NCBI GenBank assembly: GCA_020536535.1
Contig: JAHLWZ010000311.1
Location: forward strand, 1-34,382
Length of the DNA stretch: 34,382 bases
Reading direction: 5' to 3'
From: Pelomyxa schiedti
Taxonomy: Eukaryota; Protista; Evosea
Under the pieces are notes generated by a model that was given only the letters and a program-made list of their open reading frames with translations, did no database searches and had not been told where the DNA came from. The position numbers and the translations under genes were made by a program. The first letter of the stretch is position 1; every line of letters begins with the position of its first letter. Shown here in pieces: positions 32,701 through 34,382 of this stretch.

Positions 32701-33195
32701 GATCCCCACTGCCACACACCATCATAGTTTTGGGTGTCTGTTCAGGACCCACCAGTATTTTGGGTTCAGATTGCATGTGCTGTGATGTGCCTGTCCTCTG
32801 GAGTGCGTTTCAGTGATTGCAAGAATATGTATGCTGATTGCATTGGTTGTGCCATTGATTTGTTTGAGTTTGGGTTGGGGCTGTAGCAATTGAGCGTTGT
32901 AGGTCAATGAAGGTTTGTTTAGGGATTGGTGAGTCATGGAAGGATTGGGAATGTGACAGCAGAAAGTGGTGGGGGTTGAATTTTTCTGATTGGAAACCTT
33001 GCGGTGGGTGTAGCAACTAGCGGACGGACCAACAGGCAACTTGAACCCTGATACCCAATCCAAACAGCGCAAGTAAAACACTCCCCATCAAGGAACAAAC
33101 AGCAATCATCTGGGTCAAAAAAGATGCAATTCTGATCACAGACATTTCTGCTGGGGACCCTGTTATTGTGGGAGTACATGGGGTTGTTTATGCCA

Positions 33196-33498
33196 TGATG
33201 CTTGAGTTTACTGCTCTGCACCATGATGTGGGTTTTGCTTTGATGAATGCACTATATGATGCATTTGCACGCTAGGAATGAACTGTGGGATGTGAAGAAG
33301 TGCTCTTGCCTCCACTTTGGGTGTGTATTCCAGGTTTCCTTTCCTGGTTGATATCATAACTTATTCCATTGCAGGATCTTCGAAACAATGTGAAAATGCC
33401 TTTGAGAATAGTGCCAATTCCTCCAGTGTCAGGTAAGAATAATTTCTTGATCTCCACCTAATAAATGACCAGAAATCCGCCAAAGAGAGAATACCTGA
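33196..33498 (+). repeat. Dispersed repeat, copy 2 (internally deleted); the element probably continues towards ~34300
   Basis: Matches 2389-2525 joined to 2781-2947. Confidence 0.95.
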
Positions 33499-34323
33499 GT
33501 GCTGAAATGATTGGATGCCTTCCAATGGTGTGGACCTCTCAACAGAATTGCCAGATTATCATGCCAGCTTTGGTTTGCAGCAAACTGTAATGGTGGCTGG
33601 AATAGAGTTGCTTGGAGATCGCGGACGCTCTCGAATAGGTCTGCATTCTCATTACTTGTGCAGCTTACTAACGAAAAATAAGATTGCTTTGAAGCTGCAA
33701 AACGATGTAGGACTTGAATACAATGAGATCAGGGTGAAATTTGTTTGCCACTCCATAAAAATAATGCAGATAACAAGCAAGTGCCCTTGGGAGCTACTGC
33801 AAGGATAGCTGTGTGGCCACTTTCTTTTATTCCCAAAATAACGTCTTGCAGGGCAAAATAACGTCCAGGTGGTCAAAAACGATTTTCCAGGTGTGATGGG
33901 ACGGCAATATGCAATGCTGAGGTCCGTCATGGGGCCACGCCATCGCTCCTGTGTTCTCATGATCCACCCATTATTAAAACAAAAATTCCCAAGTCATGGG
34001 TGCACACAGAGCACAAATAGAATTCCAGGTGAGAGTTCCTCACTCAATCCACAATCTTTATATATCTTTAGAGTGAAATTCCATGAACAAAATAGCGCTA
34101 AATAGCATTTGCAACGCAATTGAAAGCTAATGATAAATGAAATGAATAAACTAATTGTAAATTGAAGTGAAAATAATATTCTCATGTGATGTAGCTTTGG
34201 ATTAGATCCAGTGATTTCCTGAGCTTCCCATGCGAGTGTCTAGCATTAGAACACTTGCCGGGTATTGCATGTACAATTCTCACGATTTCTGCGCTAATGT
34301 CATTGTAGAGTGCATGCTGGCGG

Positions 34324-34382
34324 TGCCGGAAATGACCGCTTCTATGCCGGAAATATCCGCTTCTCTGCCGTAAAAATGTCCG
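34324..34382 (+). repeat. ~21-bp imperfect tandem repeat running off the window end
   Basis: TGCCGGAAATGACCGCTTCTA / TGCCGGAAATATCCGCTTCTC / TGCCGTAAAAATGTCCG. Confidence 0.8.

Noticed and set aside
34324-34382. Tandem repeats as CRISPR or telomere
   Set aside because: No spacers; the units are degenerate 21-mers unlike telomeric repeats.

Overview
This is eukaryotic nuclear DNA, not prokaryotic. It is gene-dense, with many ~40-60 nt spliceosomal introns, GC-rich low-complexity first exons and a 100-N gap. The style suggests an amoebozoan/archamoeba-like protist (inference only). Hand-spliced genes in order: START-START-F-box-WD40 (+), a low-complexity protein (-), a PAK/STE20-like pseudokinase (-), FERM-LRR (+), PP2C (-), an ATG1/ULK-like kinase with a long tail (+), tRNA-His(GTG), an EBAG9-like low-complexity protein (-), a zinc-finger PARP-fold ADP-ribosyltransferase (+), NAD(P)HX epimerase (+) and a bacterial-type NadR-like NMN adenylyltransferase/kinase (-). 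Both ends of the window hold decayed transposon and pseudogene sequence. The best candidate for an undescribed system is the three-gene NAD cluster at 22.3-27.7 kb (consumer, repair, salvage). Its NadR-like member looks horizontally acquired, has lost its Walker A lysine and carries an intron bounded by an 11-bp direct repeat. Exon boundaries were inferred by eye and some are approximate.
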